50,153 bases of DNA from a virus (Duplodnaviria; Caudoviricetes). Under the pieces are notes generated by a model, which saw nothing but the letters and a program-made list of their open reading frames with translations, was not told where the DNA came from and ran no database searches. Shown here piece after piece: positions 37,284 to 46,533 of this stretch; positions within the stretch are counted from its first letter, which is position 1; each line of letters opens with the position of its first letter. Location of the stretch: IMG/VR virus record IMGVR_UViG_3300049454_000013, positions 1 to 50,153 of that record, one strand, 5' to 3'. Both the position numbers and the translations under genes were made by a program.

Positions 37284-37513
37284 ACCTATACAAATGGAAA
37301 TTCAAAACCCTGGTACGGTTCTTACAGTTCAAACGGAACCTATACCTAACCTGCAGGAATTGGTTATACTGGCATGTACCTATTTATCAACGTTGGTTCC
37401 TTTGGCGTAAACGGCGAAAGGCCCTTCGCTCTTTAAGGAAGGCAATAAAGAAACATGGCCCTGATATTTTTAAGTGGCCCGGAACATATATTCACTTCAG
37501 GGAAAAGGAGTAA
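37280..37513 (+). CDS. basic Trp-rich hypothetical protein
   Basis: ATGA overlap. Confidence 0.5.
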   Translation: MNLYKWKFKTLVRFLQFKRNLYLTCRNWLYWHVPIYQRWFLWRKRRKALRSLRKAIKKHGPDIFKWPGTYIHFREKE

Positions 37514-37546
37514 TATCTTTACAATTAAACACACAAACAAAACACT

Positions 37547-38428
37547 ATGGCAGACAAAGAAGAATCAATACCGTTAGTATTGAGCAGTGAATCACTGTTA
37601 GCAACCGTTAGCGCTGAAGTTGATGTACAGATAGCAACGGCGCAAAAGTTCCCCAGGAATGAAGTCAGAAGTCTTGAAACCGCTAAACGCATAGCCTGCA
37701 TCAGCGAGGAAGTAGCTGAATCAATGGAGTATGCGTTGCCCCGTAAGCGTTGGGATGATAAGAAGGGGAAATATATTTCTGTAATTATTAAAGGGCCTTC
37801 TGCCCGCCTTGCTGAAGTAATAGGGTATGCCTTCGGGCACCTTCGCGTTGCCAGCAGGGTAATAGGTAACGATGGTATATTTATAACCGTTCAGGGGGTA
37901 TGCCATGATCTGCAGACTAATTATTCCCGTTCGGTTGAGGTGAAGCGTTCCATTAAATACAAAACGGGCAGGACATTTAATTTTGATATGCAGGTTATGG
38001 CTATGAATGCAGCGGGGGCAATAGCTTCCCGTAACGCAACATTCCAGGTCATACCTGCAGCCCTGGTTAACGTAGTATATGAAGCAGCAAGGGAAAAGGC
38101 ACGCGGTACAGCGGAAAGCTTACCAGGGCGTAGGGAAAATGCACTGAAGTATTTTATACGTAAGGGGATAACCGAGGAACAAATTATTAAAGTGCTGCAG
38201 GTTGTTGGAATTGAAAATATTGATTTGGAAAACCTTGCAACCTTACGTGGTTTCAAAAATGTATTGGAAGCAGGCGAAGCAACATTGGATGAGATCTTCC
38301 CGGCAAAGGATGAAAAAGACAAAGCGGATACAGCAAACGATACTACCTTTAATTTGATGCAGGAGGAAATCAGGAAAGCCGAAGAGAAAGGCGGGAAGGG
38401 TAAAGATAAAAAGCAGGATAGCGAGTAA
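37547..38428 (+). CDS. putative single-strand annealing/recombination protein
   Basis: QIATA.KFPR, Y.LPR and GPS.RLAE motifs, common in phage genes next to YqaJ nucleases; acidic tail. The function is inferred from context. Confidence 0.55.
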   Translation: MADKEESIPLVLSSESLLATVSAEVDVQIATAQKFPRNEVRSLETAKRIACISEEVAESMEYALPRKRWDDKKGKYISVIIKGPSARLAEVIGYAFGHLRVASRVIGNDGIFITVQGVCHDLQTNYSRSVEVKRSIKYKTGRTFNFDMQVMAMNAAGAIASRNATFQVIPAALVNVVYEAAREKARGTAESLPGRRENALKYFIRKGITEEQIIKVLQVVGIENIDLENLATLRGFKNVLEAGEATLDEIFPAKDEKDKADTANDTTFNLMQEEIRKAEEKGGKGKDKKQDSE

Positions 38429-38458
38429 GTTTTTATTCACCTACAAATACACAACATC

Positions 38459-38791
38459 ATGATTGAATCTGAATTGGTATTGGCTAATAAATTAGCTGAT
38501 CAAAAAAGCGATAACCAGCTTATCGTAAAAGCAATTGAAACAGTATTGCGCGGGCCTGAAAACGAATTGCATATTTACACTGGTACACGGCAAGTAAATA
38601 TTAACAGGCAATCATTTAAAATGCCCGAAGGCATGGAAGATGATATTTCTTTCTGTCTTAAATTTCTGCAGGAACGTGCCCGGCAACGTGCCGAAGATCA
38701 AGGAAAACAATTCGCTGCAATTGGAAATCCTAATAAGGAAGGAAATGACTGTTACGGTGCAAAAACTAAAACCCCATACCCACACGCATGA
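38459..38791 (+). CDS. hypothetical protein
   Basis: ORF between the recombination genes. Confidence 0.55.
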   Translation: MIESELVLANKLADQKSDNQLIVKAIETVLRGPENELHIYTGTRQVNINRQSFKMPEGMEDDISFCLKFLQERARQRAEDQGKQFAAIGNPNKEGNDCYGAKTKTPYPHA

Positions 38792-39987
38792 ACACAAAAA
38801 ATTTGATCTTAACCAGCACGGCAAATATGACAGATGCCCAGTGGTTAGAATGGCGTAAACCGTTATACCACATTAAAAGGTATTTGGAGGCTACCATATT
38901 TCAGGAATGGACGGCTGAGGAACTTTGGAAAAAGAACGGCGTTGCATACGTTGCGCTTACCAGCTTCTTTGATTCGGCTGACTGGAAAAAGTTACAGTTC
39001 CCTTGTGTGGGTGCTTCTGAAGTAGCGGTAGTAATGGGCCTGAACCCATACCAAAGTATTATAGAATTGTTTTATGAAAAGTGCGGTATTAAACCCACAT
39101 ACGACGAAGATAATGCAGCTATGTTTTGGGGCAGGGAATTAGAGGAACAGATTGCACAGAAATGGCAGTACTGGGATGGCGAAAGCGAAACCATGATTGA
39201 CAATTTCAACAGGGGAAACATATTGAGGAAGTGCAGGCGAATGAATAACTATATACAGAACCGTGCGTTTCCCTGGTTATTCTGTTCACTGGATCGCGTA
39301 ATTAATAAAGCCAGTTCACGCCCTGAAGGTGCATTGGAATGTAAATGTATAAGCGGTTTCGCGGCGAATATGTGGCAGGATGGAATACCGCCTATGTATG
39401 TCACACAGCTACAGTGCCAATTGGGAATAACTGAATTTGAATTCGGGGAACTGGCTATATTGAAAGATGGCAGGTATATGGATGTATTCCCATTCGATGC
39501 AAGCGAAGGCATCATAACTGCCATTGTTGAAAAGTCCCGGCGTTTTAACGAACTGGTAAAAGCTGCCTGTGCTCATTACCTGTGTTACCTTACCTGTCCT
39601 GATGAACAGGTACAGGCCCGGCACATGGCTGAAATTGATAAGCTGGCACCTGAACCTGATGGGAGTAAAAGTTATGAGAAGTATTTGAAAGATACTTATA
39701 CAGACCAGGGCGGGGAGCTATTGGGGGGCGTTGTGCAGCTTCAGTATGCGAAAGATCATCAGTATTACAAAAAAGAAATTGAGCGCCTGGATACGCTGCA
39801 AACGTTCTGTAGTAACAACCTGAGGGCTTTCATGGGTAACCAGCAGAAAATAAGTTTCGGGGATGATGGGCATGTAACATGGAAAGCTGATAAGAACGGT
39901 ACACGGTCAATGCGATTCAAAATAAAATTGGATGCAGGTTATACACCTGAAGCTTTAAATACTGTTAATAACAGTGTGAATAAGTGA
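38788..39987 (+). CDS. YqaJ/lambda-exonuclease family protein
   Basis: WLEWRK, GASEV...G.NPY, WG..LE, SLD, LECK and Y..QLQ.Q motifs. Confidence 0.88.
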   Translation: MNTKNLILTSTANMTDAQWLEWRKPLYHIKRYLEATIFQEWTAEELWKKNGVAYVALTSFFDSADWKKLQFPCVGASEVAVVMGLNPYQSIIELFYEKCGIKPTYDEDNAAMFWGRELEEQIAQKWQYWDGESETMIDNFNRGNILRKCRRMNNYIQNRAFPWLFCSLDRVINKASSRPEGALECKCISGFAANMWQDGIPPMYVTQLQCQLGITEFEFGELAILKDGRYMDVFPFDASEGIITAIVEKSRRFNELVKAACAHYLCYLTCPDEQVQARHMAEIDKLAPEPDGSKSYEKYLKDTYTDQGGELLGGVVQLQYAKDHQYYKKEIERLDTLQTFCSNNLRAFMGNQQKISFGDDGHVTWKADKNGTRSMRFKIKLDAGYTPEALNTVNNSVNK

Positions 39988-40005
39988 AGCACTGTTTTAC
40001 TGGTA

Positions 40006-40038
40006 GCCTGTAGGAAGTTCGCGCCTGCAGGCTTTTTT
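40006..40038 (+). terminator. intrinsic terminator
   Basis: AGCCTGTAGG...CCTGCAGGCT followed by a T-run. Confidence 0.75.
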
Positions 40039-40128
40039 ATGCCCCTGAAGATCTCTGCACTCACAATGTTGAAAACTTAGTTATTCACAATCAGTTGACA
40101 AACCAAAGCAGGCGATTAAATTCGGCGC

Positions 40129-40232
40129 TGCAATTGTTCAGTGCCGAGAATAATTGCAATATCTTTACACAGCCTTAACTGAATTAGCTTTCAATGTAAC
40201 GGACGGCACTCCGTTATTTTGGGGGCTTTTTT
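40129..40232 (+). promoter_or_regulatory. structured leader with complementary hairpin loops upstream of the replication gene
   Basis: Loop AGTGCCG (40140-40146) is complementary to CGGCACT (40204-40210). Confidence 0.6.
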
Positions 40233-40246
40233 ATTTCCCCTACTAT

Positions 40247-40999
40247 ATGAAGTTCTCAATCTGCGTTAACCAAAAAGCTGCCATTGATTCGGGCCTGAAA
40301 CTTGACATTGTAGACCTTGCAATATTTGAACTACTTAAAGATTTTTCGCATGTAGAAAGCTGTAAAACGATTCAGGAAGATGGTAAAACTTATTACCTAT
40401 TTCATTGGAAACTAATTAATCAGCAATTGCCAATACTGAATTTGAATTCCAGGCATTCAGTTTACCAGCGAATGAAAAAGCTAAGTGATGCAGGCATTCT
40501 AATAGCTTCAAAAGATAATCAGGCTAATTCAATGTCTTATTACAGGTTCGGCCCGAAACATGAACAATTGATATTTGTTAATAATACAGGGGTTGCAAAT
40601 ACAACCCCAGGGGGTAATAAAAACACGCCCGACCCTGTAAACAATAACACGCCCAATAATAGTATTAATACAGATAATACTATAAAGGATAATATAGAGG
40701 CAGCAACAATAAAAAAGAAAGAAGATTTTATAAAGCTTCTGATAGCCTGGGTTAATACTCACCCCTCTAAATATCCGAAGATCATGTACAGAAATTTCTT
40801 TACTTACTGGGTAGAGGTAAGTGCTACAAAAAAGAAAGTTCAATTACGATACGAGGCGCAAGAATTTTTTGATATAGGGCGGCGGCTTTCAACATGGTTC
40901 AGCCATTGCAATGATCAGGACATTTTGGCGCAATGGAACGCTGATGTTAAATTGCCTGAATTACAAACAATACTATTAAATGTCGTACATGGAAAATAA
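40247..40999 (+). CDS. replication initiator (wHTH plus low-complexity linker)
   Basis: N-terminal wHTH-like region, Asn/Thr linker with DNA repeats, F..YW...RL.TW C-terminal domain; upstream of dnaB. Confidence 0.7.
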   Translation: MKFSICVNQKAAIDSGLKLDIVDLAIFELLKDFSHVESCKTIQEDGKTYYLFHWKLINQQLPILNLNSRHSVYQRMKKLSDAGILIASKDNQANSMSYYRFGPKHEQLIFVNNTGVANTTPGGNKNTPDPVNNNTPNNSINTDNTIKDNIEAATIKKKEDFIKLLIAWVNTHPSKYPKIMYRNFFTYWVEVSATKKKVQLRYEAQEFFDIGRRLSTWFSHCNDQDILAQWNADVKLPELQTILLNVVHGK

Positions 41000-42515
41000 G
41001 TCAGTAAAAAGGCGGCGCGGCTCTTTGGATTTATCCACAATGGTATACGGCAAGGTTCCACCACAGGCTAAGGATTTAGAGGAAGCGGTACTCGGCGCGA
41101 TCATGTTAGAGAAAGCAGCACTGGATACAGTGATTGAATTCTTAGCGCCGGAACGTTTTTATGTTCATGCACACCAAACAATATTTGCGGCCATGTGCAA
41201 ACTGCACATGAAAATGCAGGCAATTGATATTCTGACAGTGATTGAGGAATTAAAAACTGAAGGAAAATTGGAGGAAGTAGGGGGCCCGTATTATGTAACA
41301 CGTTTAACTAATGCCGTTGTAAGTGCTGCCAACATAGAAGCCCATGCCAGAATAATACTGCAGAAGTTTGTACAGCGTGAAGTGATAAGAATGAGCGGGG
41401 AATTAATTGGGGAGGCTTACGATGATATGGACGTATTTGATCTTATGGACTTAGCAGAGGAAAAGGTAATAGGGCTTACCGGCATGTTGCATAAAAAGAA
41501 TTACAGCGCTGTTGATGAACTGTTAGTAAAGGGGGTACAGCGTATTGAACAGATGCGAATTGAAAAGCTTGATATAACGGGCGTGCCTTCCGGTTTCCCG
41601 AGCATTGATAAATTAACGCACGGTTGGCAAAGCACAGATTTCATTGTAATAGCTGCACGGCCTTCTGTTGGTAAAACAGCCTTTGCATTGAACCTTGCCC
41701 GCAATGCTGCCATGAGCCCATATAACAAAACATCGGTTGCATTCTTTAGCCTGGAAATGTCAAGCGGGCAATTGATACAACGGCTTATGTCTGCAGAAAG
41801 TGAAATCTATATAGAACGAATTCAGCGGGGGCAATTGGATGATGAAAGCATGAGGCAACTATATGAGAAAGGAATATTACCGTTAGGGCAGGCGCGAATA
41901 TTTATTGATGACCAGGGGGCGCTGAACATTTTTGAATTGCGTGCCAAAATAAGAAGGCTGAAAAGTAAGGAAGGCATTGGGTTGGTTATTATAGATTACC
42001 TGCAGCTAATGAGTGGAGTAGGGGGCAAGGGCGGGAACCGTGAGCAGGAAATAAGCCAGATAAGCAGAAGCCTGAAGGGGTTGGCTAAGGAACTGGAAAT
42101 ACCTATTATAGCCCTTTCGCAGTTAAGCAGGGCGGTTGAAAGCAGGGGCGGGGAGAAAATGCCAATGCTTTCCGACCTTCGGGAAAGCGGGGCTATTGAA
42201 CAGGATGCCGATGTAGTGGTATTCCTTTACAGGCCCGAATATTACGGCATAGCAAAGAGCGCTGATGGTACCAGCACGGTAGGGGAAACGCATATAAGGT
42301 TTGCAAAACATCGCAACGGAAGTTTGGACACTATAACGCTACAGGGTAAATTGTGGATTCAAAAGTTTGTAGAACAGCCTAAAGGTCAATATGCCCTACC
42401 CAGTGAAGAGAACAGCGGCAAGTTATTAACGGGGGCGAATATGTGGAAAGCAGTACCGGGGGCAGACTTCACGGATTATAAAAGCAAAGCAGCCGGGGAA
42501 GACAACAAAGAGTAA
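40989..42515 (+). CDS. dnaB: replicative DNA helicase
   Basis: PPQA.DLEEAVLG, AARPSVGKT, FSLEMS, IIDYLQL, LSQLSR, SDLRESGAIEQDAD and KHRNG motifs. Confidence 0.97.
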   Translation: MENKSVKRRRGSLDLSTMVYGKVPPQAKDLEEAVLGAIMLEKAALDTVIEFLAPERFYVHAHQTIFAAMCKLHMKMQAIDILTVIEELKTEGKLEEVGGPYYVTRLTNAVVSAANIEAHARIILQKFVQREVIRMSGELIGEAYDDMDVFDLMDLAEEKVIGLTGMLHKKNYSAVDELLVKGVQRIEQMRIEKLDITGVPSGFPSIDKLTHGWQSTDFIVIAARPSVGKTAFALNLARNAAMSPYNKTSVAFFSLEMSSGQLIQRLMSAESEIYIERIQRGQLDDESMRQLYEKGILPLGQARIFIDDQGALNIFELRAKIRRLKSKEGIGLVIIDYLQLMSGVGGKGGNREQEISQISRSLKGLAKELEIPIIALSQLSRAVESRGGEKMPMLSDLRESGAIEQDADVVVFLYRPEYYGIAKSADGTSTVGETHIRFAKHRNGSLDTITLQGKLWIQKFVEQPKGQYALPSEENSGKLLTGANMWKAVPGADFTDYKSKAAGEDNKE

Positions 42516-42539
42516 ACTAAGTTTAGTAATTTTATAGCT

Positions 42540-42794
42540 ATGGCAATCAAAACAACTTCTACAGGCAGAATCAGAACGATTATAAAAACCTTTTTTGATA
42601 CAGTGCTTTCTGATTTGGAAACTGCTTATGCAACTTATGAAACAGATAAGGCAATTGAGGATACTAAAACATGGTCTGTACGTGTTATTGCTGCAGGTTG
42701 GGACGGTACGAATTATTTTATAATTGCAGAAGCCAGCTATCCGGAAACGAATGCAAACCCTGCAGGACAGGTACCCCAGTTGGGCGGCGAATAG
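42540..42794 (+). CDS. hypothetical protein
   Basis: 84-aa ORF. Confidence 0.6.
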   Translation: MAIKTTSTGRIRTIIKTFFDTVLSDLETAYATYETDKAIEDTKTWSVRVIAAGWDGTNYFIIAEASYPETNANPAGQVPQLGGE

Positions 42795-42815
42795 TAAAAC
42801 CTTTAAATACATACA

Positions 42816-43304
42816 ATGGAACAGAAAATTATTACCTGCTATTTCGATGGCTGTTGCGAACCTACGAACCCAGGCGGCAATATGGGTTTGGGTGCCTGGG
42901 CACATTATGGAAGTGACCAGCTTTTTGAACACAGCGAAATGATAAAGGCGAAATTCACTAACAGCAATAACGTTGCTGAATACATGGCCTTTGAAAAAAT
43001 ACTTCTTTGGTTGTCGTTGGAAGATAAGCTGATGGATATTTGCGGGCGCGATGTTATTATATACGGCGATAGTAAACTGGTAATAATGCAAATGCAAAAG
43101 CTGTGGAAAATAAAAGGCGGGCGCTATGTGAACATTGCACACGAATGTTTTAAACAACTTCAGTTTGTAAAGGATCTCGGTTTTAAAGTTTCCCTGGAAT
43201 GGATACCCAGGGAGGAAAACGATAGAGCTGATGATCTTAGCAAAAAACATTTACTACAAAACGGCGTGGTATTCAAACTGCAGCCGCAATACCATAAAAA
43301 ATAG
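42816..43304 (+). CDS. ribonuclease HI-like protein
   Basis: YFDG...NPG, NNVAEY, GDSKLV and WIPREEN.RAD motifs. Confidence 0.9.
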   Translation: MEQKIITCYFDGCCEPTNPGGNMGLGAWAHYGSDQLFEHSEMIKAKFTNSNNVAEYMAFEKILLWLSLEDKLMDICGRDVIIYGDSKLVIMQMQKLWKIKGGRYVNIAHECFKQLQFVKDLGFKVSLEWIPREENDRADDLSKKHLLQNGVVFKLQPQYHKK

Positions 43305-43308
43305 TAGG

Positions 43309-43698
43309 GTGAAAGATGATGAACTTTGGAAAATCTTCAGCCAGTATATACGATTAAGGGATAGCGATTCAACAGGGTACTGTATATGTATTACCTGTTC
43401 CCGTGTTTACTTCTGGAAAGAAATGCAGTGCGGGCATGGTATAGGTAGGCAGCACATGGCTACCAAATACGATGAAAGGAATAACCATGCCCAGTGCAAA
43501 ACCTGCAACAGCTTCGAGGGGGGCAATGAAGATGCCTATAAGAAAGCGGTTGATAGAAAGTATGGTGCAGGCACCTGGGAGCAATTGGAACTGAAAGCTA
43601 AAACGGTTTGCAAGATGGGTGCAAATGATTTCCTTATACTACAGGGTTATTTTGGGGCCCAGGTTAAACTACTGTTGGCAGATAAAGGGCTGAATTAA
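43309..43698 (+). CDS. NinG/Rap-like recombination endonuclease
   Basis: FS.YIRLRD, CITC, CGH...R and N.HAQC..CN motifs; start uncertain. Confidence 0.85.
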   Translation: MKDDELWKIFSQYIRLRDSDSTGYCICITCSRVYFWKEMQCGHGIGRQHMATKYDERNNHAQCKTCNSFEGGNEDAYKKAVDRKYGAGTWEQLELKAKTVCKMGANDFLILQGYFGAQVKLLLADKGLN

Positions 43699-43753
43699 TT
43701 TGCTTAACTAAAATATATTATGCTCCTTTGCAGAACCTTTAATAATACATACA

Positions 43754-43972
43754 ATGTCAAGTTTACACAGGCAAACAATATTCCTTAATGGGAAGTGGTA
43801 TTGTGCAAAAGCCATAAAAGCAAATGAAACGGGGGGCACGTTGAACCAATGTATTTTCGTAGGGATAAGCTGGTATGAATTACATGAAATAAAAATACCA
43901 GCGGAAAAAGAAACTAAGTTTACAGCCGCACAGGAAACTATAACAAGTATATTGAACAAATGCAAAGTTTAA
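43754..43972 (+). CDS. hypothetical protein
   Basis: AACCTTTAA...ATACAATG leader. Confidence 0.5.
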   Translation: MSSLHRQTIFLNGKWYCAKAIKANETGGTLNQCIFVGISWYELHEIKIPAEKETKFTAAQETITSILNKCKV

Positions 43973-43986
43973 CGTTTAGGCATTCA

Positions 43987-44370
43987 ATGGAAACAGCATT
44001 GAATAAGCAGAGGGAATTTGCCAGGAATAACATAGCGGCATGGTGTAAAGAATTTATGAGTAACCCCAGGTATGTTGCTTCACCCCCTGAACTGAAAGAA
44101 ATATTATTGAACCGCCTTTGGGATTTATATTGTAAGGCAACGGAACCGTGTACACGTTGGAATACAACGCACGGGCCTACATGGTGGAAACATGATGGCG
44201 ATTTAATGAGGTACCTGGAAACCTATAGCGATTATTCTATTATATGGCAACCGTTAGTTAATAGGTATAACGAATTGAACGAACAGAATAATTTTGACAT
44301 ACAGGCCACACACAAACAAATGCTTAAAGAGTTTTTAAAAAGTAACAAAAATGAAATGCCCAAACCCTGA
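43987..44370 (+). CDS. hypothetical protein
   Basis: ORF in the operon; start is 43960 or 43987. Confidence 0.55.
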   Translation: METALNKQREFARNNIAAWCKEFMSNPRYVASPPELKEILLNRLWDLYCKATEPCTRWNTTHGPTWWKHDGDLMRYLETYSDYSIIWQPLVNRYNELNEQNNFDIQATHKQMLKEFLKSNKNEMPKP

Positions 44371-44731
44371 ATGCAAACATGAGTTTGATGATCCCTTTGA
44401 GTTCGGCGATCATCATAACAACTACACTATTAACTGCCCCGCCTGTACTAAGCTGGTAAAAGCGGATACTGATTGGTTGCGCGGGCAGGAGCCGGAAGAT
44501 GAGGAATGGTGTGTATTAGAAAAGCTTATATTGCTTCCCTTCCCCGCTTCGCTTATTGTTACAAATGATACGCGGCCTTATGACCTGAAAGAGTTTTGCG
44601 GTGATTTCCTGAAACAATTTACAGGTGCCACTTTTGTAAGTACCGATAAAGGTGAGCAGCTAATTGAATTAGGCGATGAAATTGAAAGGCAGTATGATGG
44701 TGAATTGATTGTTAAGAAGGCTAAAAAATAA
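44351..44731 (+). CDS. Zn-ribbon protein
   Basis: CPNPEC...CPAC. Confidence 0.6.
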   Translation: MKCPNPECKHEFDDPFEFGDHHNNYTINCPACTKLVKADTDWLRGQEPEDEEWCVLEKLILLPFPASLIVTNDTRPYDLKEFCGDFLKQFTGATFVSTDKGEQLIELGDEIERQYDGELIVKKAKK

Positions 44732-44734
44732 TGT

Positions 44735-45145
44735 ATGCACCTGAGTTTTAAAACGGTTTCGCACTGGGGATGGAAAACTTCTTTTCCAGAAAAGATATTG
44801 GGCGGTAAGAAGCTGCACACTATAAGGCAGGGCACACGCTTCAGTGTAGGAGTACGGCTGCACATGGCTACAGGCATGAGGACAAAGAACTATAATTGTT
44901 TTAATGCTGATCGTGGTGATTTACAGCAGGCCCTGGGGGTACAAAGAATTTTAGTTGAACCGAAGCAAAAGGAAATTTATATTTGGAGCATAGTATTTAC
45001 GGGGTATACGTTCAGGAAGTTAACGTTTGTAGAAATTGACAGGCTGGCTAAGAATGACGGCTTCGACAATACATGGCAGTTCTGGAAATGGTTCACAGAG
45101 CCGGTTAATGGGCAATTGATTCATTGGACTAAACTTTTATATTAA
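44735..45145 (+). CDS. ASCH/PUA-like protein
   Basis: F.EKIL.G.K.HTIR, LH.ATG.RTK and LAKNDGF...FW.WF motifs. Confidence 0.7.
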   Translation: MHLSFKTVSHWGWKTSFPEKILGGKKLHTIRQGTRFSVGVRLHMATGMRTKNYNCFNADRGDLQQALGVQRILVEPKQKEIYIWSIVFTGYTFRKLTFVEIDRLAKNDGFDNTWQFWKWFTEPVNGQLIHWTKLLY

Positions 45146-45150
45146 ACGCT

Positions 45151-46014
45151 ATGGGTGAAACAACAGGTATAAGTTGGAGCGATGCAACGATAAACTTTTG
45201 GCATGGGTGCCGCAAAGTTTCTGAAGGCTGTAAGTTCTGTTATATGTATAGGGAAAAGGAAAAGTACGGGCAGCAGGGCAACGAAATAAAACGTACCAGC
45301 GCAAATACAATTGTGAAAATCTTGAAAGCGCTGAACCTGCAAAGAATGGAACGGCTGGCTGCAGGCAATAAAGAACCGTTGAAAATATTTACCTGCAGTT
45401 GGAGTGATTTCTTTTTAGAGGAAGCGGATGAATGGAGGCCCGCTGCCTGGAATATAATAAGGGCCAACCCTCAGTACGTTTGGATTATTCTTACAAAAAG
45501 AATGGATCGTGCCAAACAATGCCTTCCGACTGATTGGGGTGATGGTTGGCCTAACGTATGGATGGTTGTTAGTGTTGAAAATCAATTACGTTTTGATGAA
45601 GGGATAACCGACCTTGTTTGTACACCTGCAGCAGTACGGGGAATTTCTATTGAACCCATGTTGGGGCCTATAGATATGGAATTAGGTAGGCGTTATATAG
45701 TAATTGAAAACAAACAATATTTTTTGCAAAGTTTTATTGACTGGGTCATTGTTGGGGGTGAAAGCGGGAATGAAACAGGGAACTGGCGGTACAGACCATG
45801 TGAGGTTAAATGGATGCAGCATATTATTGATCAGTGTTTTAATTATGATGTAGCGGTATGGATGAAGCAACTGGGCACACATATTGCAAAAGCTAATTAC
45901 TTATCGTATGCAGGTGAGAACTGGGATAAATGGCCTGCTCAGTTTTCAAGTTTGAAGGTTCGTAAATTTCCAAAACAAAAAAAGTCTATATATGGAAAAG
46001 AAATTAGTACTTAG
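45151..46014 (+). CDS. DUF5131 (Gp37/Gp68-like, radical-SAM-like) protein
   Basis: T.ISW.D.T.N.W.GC.KVS.GC..CY, SWSDFF, LTKR, S.EP.LG, WVIVGGESG and KQ.G motifs. Confidence 0.9.
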   Translation: MGETTGISWSDATINFWHGCRKVSEGCKFCYMYREKEKYGQQGNEIKRTSANTIVKILKALNLQRMERLAAGNKEPLKIFTCSWSDFFLEEADEWRPAAWNIIRANPQYVWIILTKRMDRAKQCLPTDWGDGWPNVWMVVSVENQLRFDEGITDLVCTPAAVRGISIEPMLGPIDMELGRRYIVIENKQYFLQSFIDWVIVGGESGNETGNWRYRPCEVKWMQHIIDQCFNYDVAVWMKQLGTHIAKANYLSYAGENWDKWPAQFSSLKVRKFPKQKKSIYGKEIST

Positions 46015-46119
46015 CCCTACTATAAAAATTGTTTTAAACGTGTTGAACAAAAAGTGCCGTAAAAAAGGGCAGCTTATGTTAACACTATTTTTTGAATCAA
46101 ACACAGTAAAAGGTAATTT

Positions 46120-46468
46120 TATGGCAGCTACATTACAGCTATCCCAGGAAGTAGAAGGACAGGTACAGCCTGTCGACAAAAAGGGCAAACCTGCCAAAGT
46201 GCAGGAGGGTTCCGTTGAATATTCAACAAGTGACGAAAACGTTGCTATTGTTGTAGAGGACCCAAACGACGAAACTAAGTTTGTCATCAAAGCAAGGGGC
46301 ATCGGGGTTGCCCAAATTTCATTCAAAGCGGATGCAAATTTAGGCGAAGGTGTGAAACCTATTGAAACCTTTTTGGCTGTTGAGGTATTCCCTGATGAAG
46401 CAATCGGCTTCGGTATTAATTTGGGTGAACCACGTCCACAGCCTGAGGAAGAAACAGTTTCCTCATAA
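46120..46468 (+). CDS. Ig-like (Big_2-like) domain protein
   Basis: V.YSTSDENVA.V...A.G.G.A.I; start is 45992 or 46120. Confidence 0.6.
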
Positions 46469-46483
46469 GCCCAACCAACAGGC

Positions 46484-46510
46484 AGGCCCTTACGGGGGCC
46501 TTCCTCTTTT
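46484..46510 (+). terminator. intrinsic terminator
   Basis: AGGCCCT-TACG-GGGGCCT followed by a pyrimidine run. Confidence 0.6.
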
Positions 46511-46533
46511 ACACAACTCACACACAACAACTT

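Noticed and set aside
40154-40246. N-terminal extension of the initiator ORF from TTG
   Set aside because: It overlaps the structured leader; ATG 40247 is preferred.
42426-43250. 274-aa minus-strand ORF, and similar long antisense ORFs at 48025-48759 and 45946-46530
   Set aside because: They are shadows of well-supported + strand genes and have no recognisable motifs.
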